A DNA stretch of 62,420 nucleotides, filler included, from Sphacelaria rigidula (Eukaryota), in NCBI GenBank assembly GCA_964200075.2. It is 11 parts of 11 records of this genome, joined end to end, with 100 filler letters (N's around TTAATTAATTAA, not from the genome) between each part and the next. Parts side by side here need not be neighbours in the genome. Positions count along the whole stretch, not along the records: positions 45,472 to 51,054 come from CAXNAA020026116.1; positions 51,155 to 56,737 come from CAXNAA020026117.1; positions 56,838 to 62,420 come from CAXNAA020026118.1; 8 more parts are not named here. One strand, given 5' to 3'. Both the position numbers and the translations under genes were made by a program. This document shows positions 50,801 to 62,420 of the stretch, piece after piece. Position 1 is the stretch's first letter. Each line of letters starts with the position of its first letter. The notes below the pieces were generated by a model. The model saw only the letters and a list, made by a program, of their open reading frames with translations, did no database searches and was not told the DNA's origin.

Positions 50801-51054
50801 AGCACCGAAGAAGTGAGAGTCACCAAACCATCTCCCCCACCGCTGATCATCGAAGCAGCGGGCCAGAAATACGGCCAGAAAAGTAGTTCCTGATACTTGA
50901 GCGGGCTCGTCGACGAAGAGGGCGAACTCAAGCAAGAAAACAACAATCGGAGCAGAGCAGCGTGGGCGTGCATCAGGAAGTTCTCCCGGGAGCTCTTTGA
51001 CCGCCCGAAAGCACCATGGAGACTCAAGGTCTGACTGCTGGAAGCGGAGGCGAT
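47870..51054 (+). mobile_element. Decayed RTE-clade non-LTR retrotransposon (APE endonuclease + RT)
   Basis: GVGIAVK, YGPTE, DANARTG, RIDYIL, SDH (APE); [45 protein letters not shown] (RT). Several stops and frameshifts. Left boundary approximate. Confidence 0.92.
50178..50380. mobile_element. P/hAT-type MITE, copy 2, inserted in the LINE RT
   Basis: CGAGGGCAGGTCGAGTAG / CTACTCGACCTACCCTTG with a perfect 8-bp TSD CAGTTATC (50170-50177 and 50381-50388). Confidence 0.93.
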
Positions 51055-52112
51055 NNNNNNNNNNNNNNNNNNNNNNNNNNNNNNNNNNNNNNNNNNNNTT
51101 AATTAATTAANNNNNNNNNNNNNNNNNNNNNNNNNNNNNNNNNNNNNNNNNNNNATTGGCTCGATTACGGGTCATTTTTTCTGCAGTGGATAGTGGTCGG
51201 TCCATTTTATAGATATATAGTGCCCAGAATCGGGCCCCACTCATCCCCATAACAGTGGCGTCTTGCCGCGATACTTACAATTCGAATTCAAAAAGTCGGT
51301 ATACCGAGCGTTCTCCAACTATCTCGCAGTTCAGCATGCTGCTGTAATAGCCAAAACTGACGACCGTCAACTTCCAGCGTCAGTATTTCGCGAGTGGCTG
51401 AAAGATTTGCTGTGCTCCATGCCTTTGTAGGGGAATTGCTGCCACGTACTGATTCTGATTTCGGTTCCGAACTGCATCGTAGGGGTGCACACCCTGTTAT
51501 GCGGTCCTCGTCTTCAGTCACTCGCTGTAAAGTTACGACGTGATCGTGGAATACACGAGGTGAGTCACGACGTGGCTGTATTTGACCAGGTTTTCAAGTC
51601 TACCGACGTCGTCGTCGATGTCATTCCGTGCATCTCACAGTGTCCACCTAATCGGATCGTTTGTGATCCGGAAACGCATCGGAATAACAAAACCGCGATT
51701 GAACTGCATTTTCAAACGAATTCACTCGCACTCGGGGTCATGCCACCGTGGGAGGGGTCGACTGCTATGGGCAAGGACGTGGCCAGATATGGGATAGATA
51801 GCCACAAAGCTAGATGATATGTACACAAGAGTTTCGGCGGCTTCGCCGCCACGATCAGTGGATCGATACCCAAGACACATGAGCACCGGTGATAGCTTTG
51901 TGCGTTGCGTAAAGGAAAAGGTCATAGTTTGCAGAGGCCGTGGCTGCTCACCAGCTTAGCATGTAGTGCGTGATGAATCAATTTTGAAGATGATGCCGAT
52001 TCCAAAATTTCGTACCCGTAATTCTTGCCTCGTTTCTAATCTGGAGAGGAACGTACGTGTCACGTTCACAGGGGCACATGCAAAGGCTTGACACTTGATA
52101 AACAACTCAACA

Positions 52113-53885
52113 CACACGCGGCCCTTCGGTTCCTGTTCGGAAATCCTCTATCGTGATTGTCATCCTCTGGAGGTAAAATGGTCCTCCGGAGGATGAAATA
52201 CCCTCTGGTTGTTCATGATGCCCCTGGAATGGACAGTAAACGAAGACGCCAGAGGGCACATGATTTCCTTGAGCACATAGTTTTACTGAGGGTGCCTCTG
52301 GGGAAATTTGGGGAAACGATACTATCTAGCGTGTAAATTCACCTCTGGAGTTCGCACTACATCAAACCTCTGGACAACACTTGTGTCCTAACTGTCTCCA
52401 GGGCGCCTCTGCGACCCCACCAATCTTGTGGTACGTTATGGACCATCACGCCAGGTATATATGTATCACCCGCCGCGTTCACAGATCGAACCATGCAAAC
52501 CCCGCAACACTTATTCCCGGCTACCACCACAACCCTGCAGCAAAAATCACTAGTTGGGCACAGGGATATAGATACACACTGCCGTAGTTGGGTATGATGT
52601 ATTCCTCGTTCGAAGCTTCAACTTGAGCGTATCTTCTTTCATGGTCGCGGAATCGCGCGGCGACGGAACCACGCGGGGTAGGGTGCGGGGAATAACCGGC
52701 TTATTGTATACGCACTCATGGACATTGCAGGCAGACAGAGCTGCGCACGCTGTTCGAGTCATTTTCACGTCGCACTGTAAACAAAAAACAAATGTAGTCC
52801 TGCGCTGTGTGTACTGTACTTTGTCTGCTTCCCTTTCGCGTCCTATTAACTGCAGTTGTGCGCATGCTGCGAGATGGCGCGTCGTGATGTATACTGCAAT
52901 AGCTGATGGTGCATAATACGTCGATGTACCCGAAGTTACTGACATCCACTTTGTATAGGCATACGTAGCGCATATGCCACGCTAACTCTGCAGTATATTG
53001 CACCGCACGTGTATACGCACGATATGTTACTGTCCTGCACGGTTTTGTACAGTCCAGCATACAGCACAAAACCGCGTGTTTATTGTTGTGATCGTCATAT
53101 CGCCATCAAAGTACAGTATAGACCGCGATTAGAATTTTTCGGGTTTTGAATCGATAAATGCTTCGGTTTTCATTTTGTAGACCATGGACTACGGGGTTTT
53201 CAAAACCTGTATGTATAGATTAGAGAGGTATAATCTCATCTTGTACCACGCCCACCAGCTAGAGCTGTACAGCACGGTCGTGCGGGCATATACACCCGCA
53301 ATCAGTGTATAAGGTTTGTATACAGCGAAGGCTGAAGAACTCGATCTCTTCGCCCAATGGACGTATGAAATGGGGGGGCAAGAGGATGAATTTTCAACAA
53401 CTTCTGCTGCCTCTCGAACTTGATCTGCTGATTACCGTAGAGTATGTGGGACTTCAACAGCAGGGGCTGCTCGCAAATAATTTCTTGTTTGCCCAATTAC
53501 AGGATGAATTGGCGGGCAAAATGAGGATTTATTTTGAACAGCTTTTGCTCCACAAATTCCATCTGCCTTGTGTATGTGGGATTTGTACAGCTTCTGCTGT
53601 ACGAAATAAATCCTCTATACGTGATTCCGAATGTGGAATCGGGCATAGAGAATTTATTTCGAACGGCAGAGACTGTTCAAATTCCGGTTTCCATGGCACG
53701 CGTGCCTTCAGAAATAATCCAGAGGATTTTGATATTGACGCAGTCCTTCGAGGGAGACTTCGACCTTGAAAATCGTCTGGAGGATTGCCAATACCCAAGA
53801 TCCTCTAGAGGGGACTCTCAAATCGGACTTCAGCTTGGGTGACGTTTCCAAAGTCCACTACAGGGTAGCCAAATGGCCGCGTGTG
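52113..53885. mobile_element. ~1.8-kb EnSpm/CACTA-like non-autonomous element, copy 2
   Basis: CACACGCGGCC / GGCCGCGTGTG termini with CA flanks. Interior is the reverse complement of 37764-39603. Confidence 0.85.
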
Positions 53886-54094
53886 CACTATCAAAGGTAA
53901 ACCTCTGGAGCTCATTGTCCCCCCAAAAACGAAAACACACATATCGACGACCCGTAGATGGCCATTGCCTGAGCTGTGCGGGACCTTGCTCATAACCCTT
54001 GGACCGCGATGCGGGTACTCCATCTGGATCACATACTTTTTTCATGTAAAAATGATGCCGATTCAGCAGGTGACCTACTCTCGTGTGTTTTTTC

Positions 54095-54380
54095 TTCCCT
54101 CGCACGTCGAACCCCCCGCCCTCCTCGGCATGAGTTCGTGGTCTCAAATCAACCCATCTCTCCCCTGGTACGCGCCTTACATTTTGGTCTCGCGGATTGG
54201 GTCAGCACTCCCGCACCGGGTCAACCCACGTCACACAAATCCAGTCGACTATTTTGTTCACTCACGTTCTCACGCTTTCCACGGTGGGAATCATATGATA
54301 TCGTACCAACGCATCGAGAATCGAACCCTCGTTCTCTTCACCCTAATGACAGTCGGACCATTACCACCGGGTCGCAGCGT
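54095..54380 (-). mobile_element. SINE family 2 copy
   Basis: Minus-strand TGGTAATGG and GGTTCGATTCTC boxes, shared body, second GGTTCGA near the 3' end. Confidence 0.7.
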
Positions 54381-55524
54381 GGTAAAAGGATTAATTCAAT
54401 TCGCTCAGAATTCATTGAGAAACGATGGTTTGCGTAAGACGCGTGCGAACCGGTGCTACTGCCCAGAATCCAATGAGAAACGATCCCGCAAAATGATGCC
54501 GATTCGATCTCTGAAATGATGTCTACTGACTGTTGAAAAAATGTTGCACGCGCCGCGCCCCATCGCGAAAAATTGCTGCTCATCACTCGAGCTAAGCGTG
54601 ACTTTGCATTAATCGGTTCGGAATTCGATGAGAACCGGTAAATTGTGTAGGACGCGCGCAAACCGGTGCGAATTGCATGCGTTGCGTAGAGCTAGTGACA
54701 CAGGTCATACTTCGAAGAAAACGCCGTAGCTGCTCATCAGCTGAGCTCGTCGTGTGTCCCTTTTACCGCGACGGTAGATCATGTGGCCATGCAGTGTGTC
54801 TTTTCAAGTAAAACTGATGCTGATTCCTCACATAACCCATGCTCGTGATCGAAGAGTTACACTCGCACAAAGCTGTTCAGACGACTGAGTTCTGAATAAT
54901 TTCAGCCGTTGTTTTTAGCGCTTCATAAAAAAAACCCTTTACGGTAGCGCAGTAATCCAGAGATGATGCGACATGCGAGCAAGATCACAACATACTCGAG
55001 ATGTGCCCAAGCGTGAAACGGAGAGCAATCGCACTTTGCCGCTTCATACAGTTTCTACAATTCCGATCCAACTAATCATGATGCCGGTTCAATTACCAAG
55101 TAAAAACGACGCCAGTTACACGAATGGATGTGGCCTGTTTGCGGTCGAAAGGTGGAATCTCCGACGGTCAAAGGGTCCACAGACGTCTGTTAAAAAAGTG
55201 CATCAAACGAAACGCATCGCATGGTCAAAACGCCATGCAGAACACAGCACGGAAAGCCTATGCACTCCAAACCCAAGCAGAACTGGAAGTCATCGAAATG
55301 TTCGGCGAAATGCAAGCGAAGAGGCTGATGTGTATAGTCAGCGAAAATATTTACTCTAAAATCAAGTAAAAAAGAAATGCTAGCTTCATAGGACGGTACA
55401 ACCCCGACAGATATGTACCCTAAAATCAAGTGAAGAAATGCAGCACTTTTACACCTGTCTGCAGGAAAATAAAATCAGAACAATTTCAATTGATGAAACT
55501 TCTTTATTATATATAGATATTTAT

Positions 55525-55805
55525 ATCGAATGGTCCGACTGTCACCATAAGGGTGCAGGGAACATGGGTTCGATTCCCGTTTCGTTGGATTTTGTCCCGA
55601 AGGATATGATCTTGACCGTCAAAAGCGGACGTGCATGGGTAGCAAGTATAGTTGATTGAGTTTGTGTGACGAGAGTTGTCGCGGTTTGGGAGGGAGCGCT
55701 GATCCAATCCGCGAGACGAAAGTGCAAGTCGTGTACCGGGGAGAGATGCCTTGATCCCTTGAGGCCGCAGACTCGTTCCGAGAAAGGGGGCGGGTTCGAA
55801 GTGAC
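55525..55805 (+). mobile_element. SINE family 2 copy
   Basis: B box GGTTCGATTCCC, shared body gatccaatccgcgag...gtaccggggagaga, second gggttcgaa at the 3' end. Confidence 0.7.
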
Positions 55806-56837
55806 AAAATATATGTGTACATATGTTCAGGAATTTTGATATATGCAGAAGCATGGATTTATATATTTACCTTCAAAGTTCCTCTTACGGAATCTTTCTC
55901 CTTTACTGCAATGTTTGGAGGGTTGAGACGAGGCCTTTTCCCACAGCCGTTCTGCTAATACGGCCCCTTCTCCGACACCATGTCGAGGGCTGGCCGGGGC
56001 TTCAGTGGGGTCCGTCACTAGTTTTTCACCCGGCGTCTCTGTCGTCGGACTAATGTGATCGCCTACTTTTAAAAGAACATAATTTCACCTGTTTTCTAGT
56101 TCCTTGTTGAAAGTCGATCCGTTTCTCGAAGCCGTGGGCAAGTATGTTTTCTGATCATGGCTGGAGTCGTACTGAACCCGTAAAAAACGCGAGAAAATCG
56201 AATCAAATCGAATCGAATCCCCAGTTAATCGGATCGATCTCTATATTTCATTCAGGTTATGTGTATCTACATTGGTATCATTCATCACATTCAATGATTG
56301 AACGTTTTTTGTTCCTACCCTTTACTGTTTCGTATTCGGGTGCGACAGATGGAAAGAGCTTATGCAACAATACTTCCGCTCAATCATGGCCCTGGGAAAG
56401 AGGACCGTGGGGCTTATGGCAGAAGGGCTAGGACTGGAGGCAAACACGTTCCAAGGCTATTTCGATAAGACGATGTCTTGCATGGCACTTCAGCACTACT
56501 CACCAGAGGTATGTGTGATGCTGCGAGATATTTCATGAACACAAGGAAATATCATACGGTTACTGGCTGAGACCATATGATCCGAATTGCGAGATAGCCT
56601 GAGAGAAATATGGTCTATCATATTTTGCTGAGAGCTCCGCTTATTTGTTTCTGGTACATCTTGATTTTCATGCCCACTTCTGCCCGTGTTGTATGTGCAC
56701 ATAAGTAGGAAGATTGTACTAATAAATAATAATAATANNNNNNNNNNNNNNNNNNNNNNNNNNNNNNNNNNNNNNNNNNNNTTAATTAATTAANNNNNNN
56801 NNNNNNNNNNNNNNNNNNNNNNNNNNNNNNNNNNNNN

Positions 56838-56910
56838 GTACTGTACTGTACTGTACTGTACTGTACTGTACTGTACTGTACTGTACTGTACTGTACTGTA
56901 CTGTACTGTA
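56838..56910 (+). repeat. (GTACT)n microsatellite
   Basis: About 14 perfect copies at contig start. Confidence 0.97.
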
Positions 56911-57739
56911 TTTCCGACAACTCATGCGAACATGCGGGGATGATTATTGTTGTACTGGTGCTGTCTAAAGCTGTCTTCATACTGCCCTCTATAATCAGGC
57001 CAACTGTAGCGCAGAACAAAACAGGAAAAATGCAGATAGACCGTCAATGACTTAGCTCGAGAAAAGAAACAGCTGAAAGAAATACTCTAGGCGTAGAGAT
57101 GCATGGTGTGCTATGCTGTACCGTACTGTCTGCGAACTGCAGTGTACGCTGCCGGAGTTCCCGAGGAGTTCCCGAAAATTCACTCGAATATGCGGGGACG
57201 ACTCGTGTCAGTGCTGTCTTCTCCGCAGATGTTTGTGGTAGTGTATACAGTATATTCAGGTCAACTGTATCACAGAACACAACATGAAACGATAAATGAG
57301 ACCACAAGGGCTGTCAACAACATAGCTCGGGAACATGCTAGAAGAACCGTTTTGGGCATGCAGATGCGTGTGTTGTACTATATTTGATGCGTTTTGTTAC
57401 GTACGGGTATAATATTTGGAACTTGGTGTACCGCGGTATTTACTGTGGCACGATTAGCACCAGCCGGATTCGTAGCGAATCAGTTGATGTGGGACGATCG
57501 AGCAACCACTCAATCAAGAAACTACACCATACCTGTAGTAGTACGGGGTCCCACCACAGTGCGGTCATGCCGGACTGGCGGCTCTTCGACCGCACTATGG
57601 CGGGGCCTACACCGTATCTCTCGAGAATAGCGGCATTGACCCCGCGTTCCGTCCCGGCGGTCAAACTGGTATACCGAGATTAGTTTGGGCACATGTTGTG
57701 GCTTCGAATCCCGACACGAGTTATGTAAAAATCGTCGTT

Positions 57740-58110
57740 TTCACACCACATCTTCGAAATATGGGGTCATTCCTTGACCTACTGATGGCTATTGACAACT
57801 TCTACACGCTCCATAAATTTGGATTTCGATAACCGAAATATTGAGGTCCTAGTAGAATAAACAAATTGCGGAACTTGGGTGATCCAATCGGATTGCTGAA
57901 ATTCCCCGAGATTGGTATTTCACCTAGAACTCCAACGTTTCGGTTATCGAAATCCAAATTTGTATGGCATATAGTACTTGTCAAAAGCTAGCAGGAGATG
58001 AAGAAGTGGAACCATGTTTTGAAGATTTGGTGTGGATGCGAAGATTTGAATCCTCCGGGTTCTCATCCTCAATTAAAAGCTCCATCCTAACTTTCGATGA
58101 TGGGTTGCTA
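57740..58110. mobile_element. Fold-back MITE family F, copy 2 (left end eroded)
   Basis: ttggatttcgataaccgaaa / tttcggttatcgaaatccaa arms. Right end resembles 13990-14049. Confidence 0.8.
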
Positions 58111-58771
58111 AATGTAAGTCCACGGGCTTTGCAAGTGCCGATTGAACTCGCGATAGTAAAGTGCATAGCTGGACCGAGAGACATACGGGTTGATCATTTT
58201 GGACTACGGACTCGTCCTGGGGGAGGGTGGGGTCGAAGACATGGCAACGAAAAAGGAGAGAATGACGACAACGAATAAGCGCTCGCACGCTTGCTATTTG
58301 GCGGAACGGAACGAACGCGCGAACCATCCTTGTTACACTATCACTTGAGCAACTAACTTGTAAACGTTACAACGTGAGGAACGTTGGAAGTGTAGGTTGC
58401 GTGTGGTGCGGAACGGGGAATGTTATAGGCTGAGTATATGTAAGTTGCTGAGTCAGGTGGCGTCTTTTCCGTTTTTTTCCAGAAAAGCGATGACTGTTGC
58501 GCCGAGCAGTTCTCCACTATAGACGGTAGACTGTAGGTGGTTGCCATCGGGTACTTTCTGGTAGTTGTCGCTCTCCCCATTTCGAGAACCATTTTCGGTC
58601 GTTCTCAGGTACTTGCCTAGGTTCAGGTACGGGCTGGGGGGAAAAGTAGTCACAACCAAGGGCAGCTGCTGATTTTGCAGCTGTCAGCTATCTCGTATGT
58701 ATCATGTATCTTCGTCTCGGTCAACCAGATGACCGTATTTGGGGCAAGTTCTGCTGCCACCCTGAATAGGA

Positions 58772-59066
58772 ACGTGACATTGTCCGTATTTGTTGAGGTC
58801 TACCTCGACGTGACCGTTTTCTGAAAAGTTTGTACGGGGGCTTGACCTCATCACGTGCATACCTTGACACGTGCATGGCGGCGGGCGCTGTTAAGCATTC
58901 ATGGGTATTCGAGCAAAACCGGACGTGACGTCAGCACGCGGCTGGCGCCCAAGACTTGATCTAAATATTCGCCACGTGAACCGAGGCCGCTGCCGTGTGT
59001 TATTTTTCAAGTTATTCTCAAGTGGGACAGTGCGCCACGCAGAAATTCGTGATGGGTAATCACGTG
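58772..59066. promoter_or_regulatory. Cluster of G-box/ACGT motifs upstream of the J-domain gene
   Basis: CACGTG at 58852, 58868, 58973 and 59061; ACGTGAC at 58772, 58808 and 58923; TGACGTCA at 58926. Confidence 0.35.
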
Positions 59067-59575
59067 CTCATACTTTGCGCTATGCGCGTACACAGTGCTA
59101 ACAGTTTCGACTCAAATGTGTTGGGTAAACCTGAACAAAACAAGTAATTCCGCAAGCATGAGCAACCTGAACAATGGGTTGTCATCACGACGAGAACACT
59201 CAGCGCAACGCTTCTCTCTCTCTAGGCAGTAAATTTTCATGTGTTGTCGATTACGCACCATGCCTTCCGAACTCGGGGGTCGCTGCAGGCGCAGCATGGA
59301 GGGCATTACAAACTGTTACCATACATTCTGTGGTTGCTGCGCCTCAGACAAAGTGATGAGGAAAAATGAAGATCCCACCTAGCTGCAAACCAACCGCCCC
59401 CGCCTGCTTGGGTGGGGCTGTACAATCCAACCCTTGCGTGATCACTTACCCGGGTGAGTTATTTCACCAAATGCTTGCTCATCGCCGCCTGTGTGCATTG
59501 CGCACACTTTAATGCTCCGCAACGAATTTACGTCACACTCACAGGCTTAACCACCTTTCACGCAGAGGGAGTGCA

Positions 59576-61228
59576 ATGTCGGATGAGTCAGATTATTCGG
59601 ATTATTCGTCGGACGAAACTACGTCCGTCAAGATCTGCCTGGCCACGATTGGTCTTGGCGCGGCTGATCTAGGAGGCTGCAGCAACTTGACCGAGGAATT
59701 CGCGATCATCAAGAGGGCGTACTTCAAGAAAGTGCTAGTGGTTCATCCCGACAAGGGCGGCAGTGCGAAGGAATTCCGCGATGTCAACGAGTCGTTCGAG
59801 CTAATCCGCTCGCTTTTCGAGAAGAAGGCCGTCTCTTCGTTTGCCACTGCTGCCGAGGCAACGCACGAACGGTTCAATTACGGCACCAGCGCCAGCGCCT
59901 CCGCTTCATCTCAACCCTGGCAATACTACTACGATGCTCCAGCAGAAGAGGTGCCGCCATACAGAGTAGAGCTTGCAAGGTCGGGTCGCAGCAAGTGTTC
60001 CCAGAAGAGCATGCCCGCTAGACGCTGTCCACCGGAAGATCCCTTCATTGCAAAGGACGAAATCCGGGTGGGCTCGATGGACGGGATGTCGGGTTCGTAC
60101 GGTCGCTGGGTTCACCTGAAGTGCTGGCGTGTACCCAGCAGGATCTGGATGGGCCTTCCTGGTGACGATGATGGCGACGCCGGTGGGTTTACGGACCGCA
60201 CGACTCAGTTCAGGGCTGCCCTTTCCAGCATGAACGAAGTGCAGTTCTGCGGGTTCAACGAGCTGACGCCGTACCAACAGACGCAGATTGTGCACTACGT
60301 CATGGACAAGAGCAACTGGGCCCGGTTGACCAAGAGGATGGACCGTTCCGACAGCAACCCCACGAGTGATCGTACTGCCCACACGCCGCCGCAAGATATG
60401 GGAGGCGGAAGTGCAACTCCCGGTGCAGTTGTCAGTCGTAATGACGGTGCCAGCAGTACAGCGCTGAGTGTCACGAATCGGGACCGTGGTTTCTTTGTTG
60501 TGCCGTCCCCTGGTGTGAACGGGGCGCAGCCTGATTCCCTCCGTGGTAAAACCATCGTCTTGACCGGGATCTTTCCGGAAATCGGTGGCGGGGTCGGCCT
60601 AAACCAAGGAAAAGATCGCGTAAGGCAGATGTGCGAGTCGTTCGGCGCCAGAGTGACAAGCGCGATATCGGGCAAGACTGACCTACTCATCGTGGGCCGT
60701 GAGCCCGGCGCGAGCAAGGTGGGTAAGGCGAACGCGAGCCCCAAGTGCCGCGCCATCTCCCTGATGGACCTGACTAAATGTATCGGGGGCAATCAGCAGT
60801 TGCACCTGGCTCCGGAGCCTGAAATCCAGTCATTCAGCTCAGGGTACAACGGCAATGGTCTCAGAGCACTCCCGCCCGCGCCCAGGTACCAGGCAGTTAT
60901 GCCTGCAGAGGCACCGCAAGCGCCAAGGGCGAAGACAACCAAGAAGCCCGCTCCAAGAGCCAAGGCTACCAAGCGACCAACGTCGAAGGCTAAAGCCACA
61001 AAAAGAAACGCGCCCAAAGCAGCAAACAAGAGAACCCCGCCCAAGGCTACAGCTACGAAGAAAGCCACACCCAAGGCTACTAGGAAAACCACGCCCAAGG
61101 CTACTGCAACTAAAAAAAACGCGCCCAAGGCTCGGGCTACCAAGAATACCTCGGGGGCCAAGCGCGCCGCGGCGTTTAAAAAAAGTAGCACGGAGAGGGC
61201 GAAGAAGAGGGCAAAAATTACATCTTGA
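59576..61228 (+). CDS. 550-aa protein: J-domain + PARP-type zinc finger + BRCT + Lys/Ala/Pro-rich H1-like tail
   Basis: IKRAYFKKVLVVHPDKGG...F..VNESFELI (J); YRVELARSGRSKC...C...IAKDEIRVG...WVHLKC...GFNELTPYQQTQI (zf-PARP); LRGKTIVLTG...GARVTSAISGKTDLLIVG..PGASK (ligase/RFC1-type BRCT); repeated KATxxKxTP tail. Intact, GC3-rich ORF. Confidence 0.92.
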   Translation: MSDESDYSDYSSDETTSVKICLATIGLGAADLGGCSNLTEEFAIIKRAYFKKVLVVHPDKGGSAKEFRDVNESFELIRSLFEKKAVSSFATAAEATHERFNYGTSASASASSQPWQYYYDAPAEEVPPYRVELARSGRSKCSQKSMPARRCPPEDPFIAKDEIRVGSMDGMSGSYGRWVHLKCWRVPSRIWMGLPGDDDGDAGGFTDRTTQFRAALSSMNEVQFCGFNELTPYQQTQIVHYVMDKSNWARLTKRMDRSDSNPTSDRTAHTPPQDMGGGSATPGAVVSRNDGASSTALSVTNRDRGFFVVPSPGVNGAQPDSLRGKTIVLTGIFPEIGGGVGLNQGKDRVRQMCESFGARVTSAISGKTDLLIVGREPGASKVGKANASPKCRAISLMDLTKCIGGNQQLHLAPEPEIQSFSSGYNGNGLRALPPAPRYQAVMPAEAPQAPRAKTTKKPAPRAKATKRPTSKAKATKRNAPKAANKRTPPKATATKKATPKATRKTTPKATATKKNAPKARATKNTSGAKRAAAFKKSSTERAKKRAKITS

Positions 61229-62002
61229 CCGTCCGTGTATCGTTCCGCTGGTCGTCACAGCCCATCCGTTTGGGCAGATATGATACTTGATGTGCTGAGG
61301 CTGCGTGATAACCACAGCGCTGAATATTGGCGTGTTGACCTTGTCGATGATAGTTGTGATACGTTCGCCTCATACTTCTGGGGAGGAGTTTCCTTGTAGA
61401 TATATCGATGTAAATATGATGGTGGGGCAGTATGAAGAGTATCATATGCTTCTTGCTTTTGCTGTGCGTGCCTTGCCAAGTGAATACGGTGGAAATGTAC
61501 ATTGCCTGAGATGGAGATGCCTATTTTAGGGAAATTTATTGTTCCAAGGAAGCCCTTTCGATTCGTGTCCTGCGTACAGAAGAGACGTGCCACAAGTGTT
61601 CTTGTTCTCAAGTCCAACTTGATCATCCGCTATGTTGGCTTCTTTTGTGGGTTGCTTTTTTCGTGTGAGACTGCACATAAACGTGATTCGCTGCTAATCC
61701 AGCTGTGGCCACAGGGTAGACATACCTACATAAATGACCGCGAATAGTCGCCACAGAAACACTGTGAAAAAAGGGATGGTATGCAAGAAGGCAGGAACAA
61801 ACATATGTAGATACGGAAACGTGGTGATTTTCTTGGTTGCTGTGGTGCTCACGTCCTTCCTGCTACCCCGCTGCTGTTAGTTTTGGGCATGTGCCGACCT
61901 GCGTAGCATTCTCGTTTTCAGTGGTGTTGTGCACGAGAGGTGAACTGTTCTGCCCTGTTCCCCCGAGTTCGTGTCGATATCTGTGTGGTAAGATGAAATA
62001 AA

Positions 62003-62420
62003 CACGGGATCTTACAAATTGGGCATGGATCTTTTATTGGGGACGAGGAACCCGGAGAATTGAAATCTTCGTATCCACACCAAATCTTCGAAATATGATA
62101 CCATTTCTTCACCTACTGATAGCTATCGACAACTGCTACACGCCCTACGAATTTGGATTTCGATAACCGAAAATTTGGGGTCCTAGATGAAAAAAACTAT
62201 TTCGGGACCATTTTGGCGTCCGTTCGGACACCCGGAATTCCCCAAAATTGGTTTTTCACCTTGTACCCCTACATTTCGGTGATCGAAACCCGAGTTGGTG
62301 TGGTGTGTAGCGGTTGTCAATAGCTATCAGTAGGTAAAAAAATGGAACCATATTTCGAAGATTTGGTGTGGATACGAAGATTTTGATCCTCCGGATTTCT
62401 CATCCCCAATTTGTAAGATC
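62003..62420. mobile_element. Fold-back MITE family F, copy 3 (variant terminus)
   Basis: gatcttacaaattggg ... cccaatttgtaagatc. Nearly palindromic along its whole length, with an interior shared with copies 1 and 2. Confidence 0.85.

Noticed and set aside
1040..54745. Hammerhead cores (CTGATGA at ~1047, 8236, 42320, 49239 and minus strand ~54735)
   Set aside because: No correctly placed GAAA with supporting stems found by eye.
59906..61315. Overlapping antisense and alternate-frame ORFs on the J-domain gene
   Set aside because: Shadow ORFs of a GC-rich coding sequence.
57740..62420. J-domain gene as cargo of a composite transposon bounded by family F copies
   Set aside because: Each copy is a self-contained fold-back element of a different subfamily, the family is abundant, and no outer TSD is visible.

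Overview
This window is not one locus. It is 11 unrelated contigs of about 5.58 kb (5584 bp, then 5583 bp) joined by artificial 100-nt N44-TTAATTAATTAA-N44 linkers, so nothing should be read across a linker. The DNA is eukaryotic, repeat-rich and intron-rich. It is most likely a brown alga or related stramenopile, inferred from short exons in long TE-filled introns, a signal+AF plastid-targeting presequence and TTAGGG-type repeats. Host-gene content is: the first exon of a MalY/PatB-type PLP C-S lyase, one RAD5/HLTF-like SNF2 exon, two exons of a probable ubiquitin-specific protease, a decayed PPR fragment, and one complete intronless 550-aa gene with an unusual J-domain + PARP-type zinc finger + BRCT + histone-H1-like tail architecture. 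That gene is the best novelty candidate. Most of the rest is a mobilome: decayed Copia, Gypsy and RTE-LINE retroelements, two tRNA-derived SINE families, and many non-autonomous DNA transposons. Their termini and target-site duplications (TSDs) suggest Tc1/pogo, Sola, Ginger, P/hAT, EnSpm/CACTA and Harbinger types. Several are nested and some carry telomere-like repeats. All family assignments come from motif recognition by eye; no searches were run.
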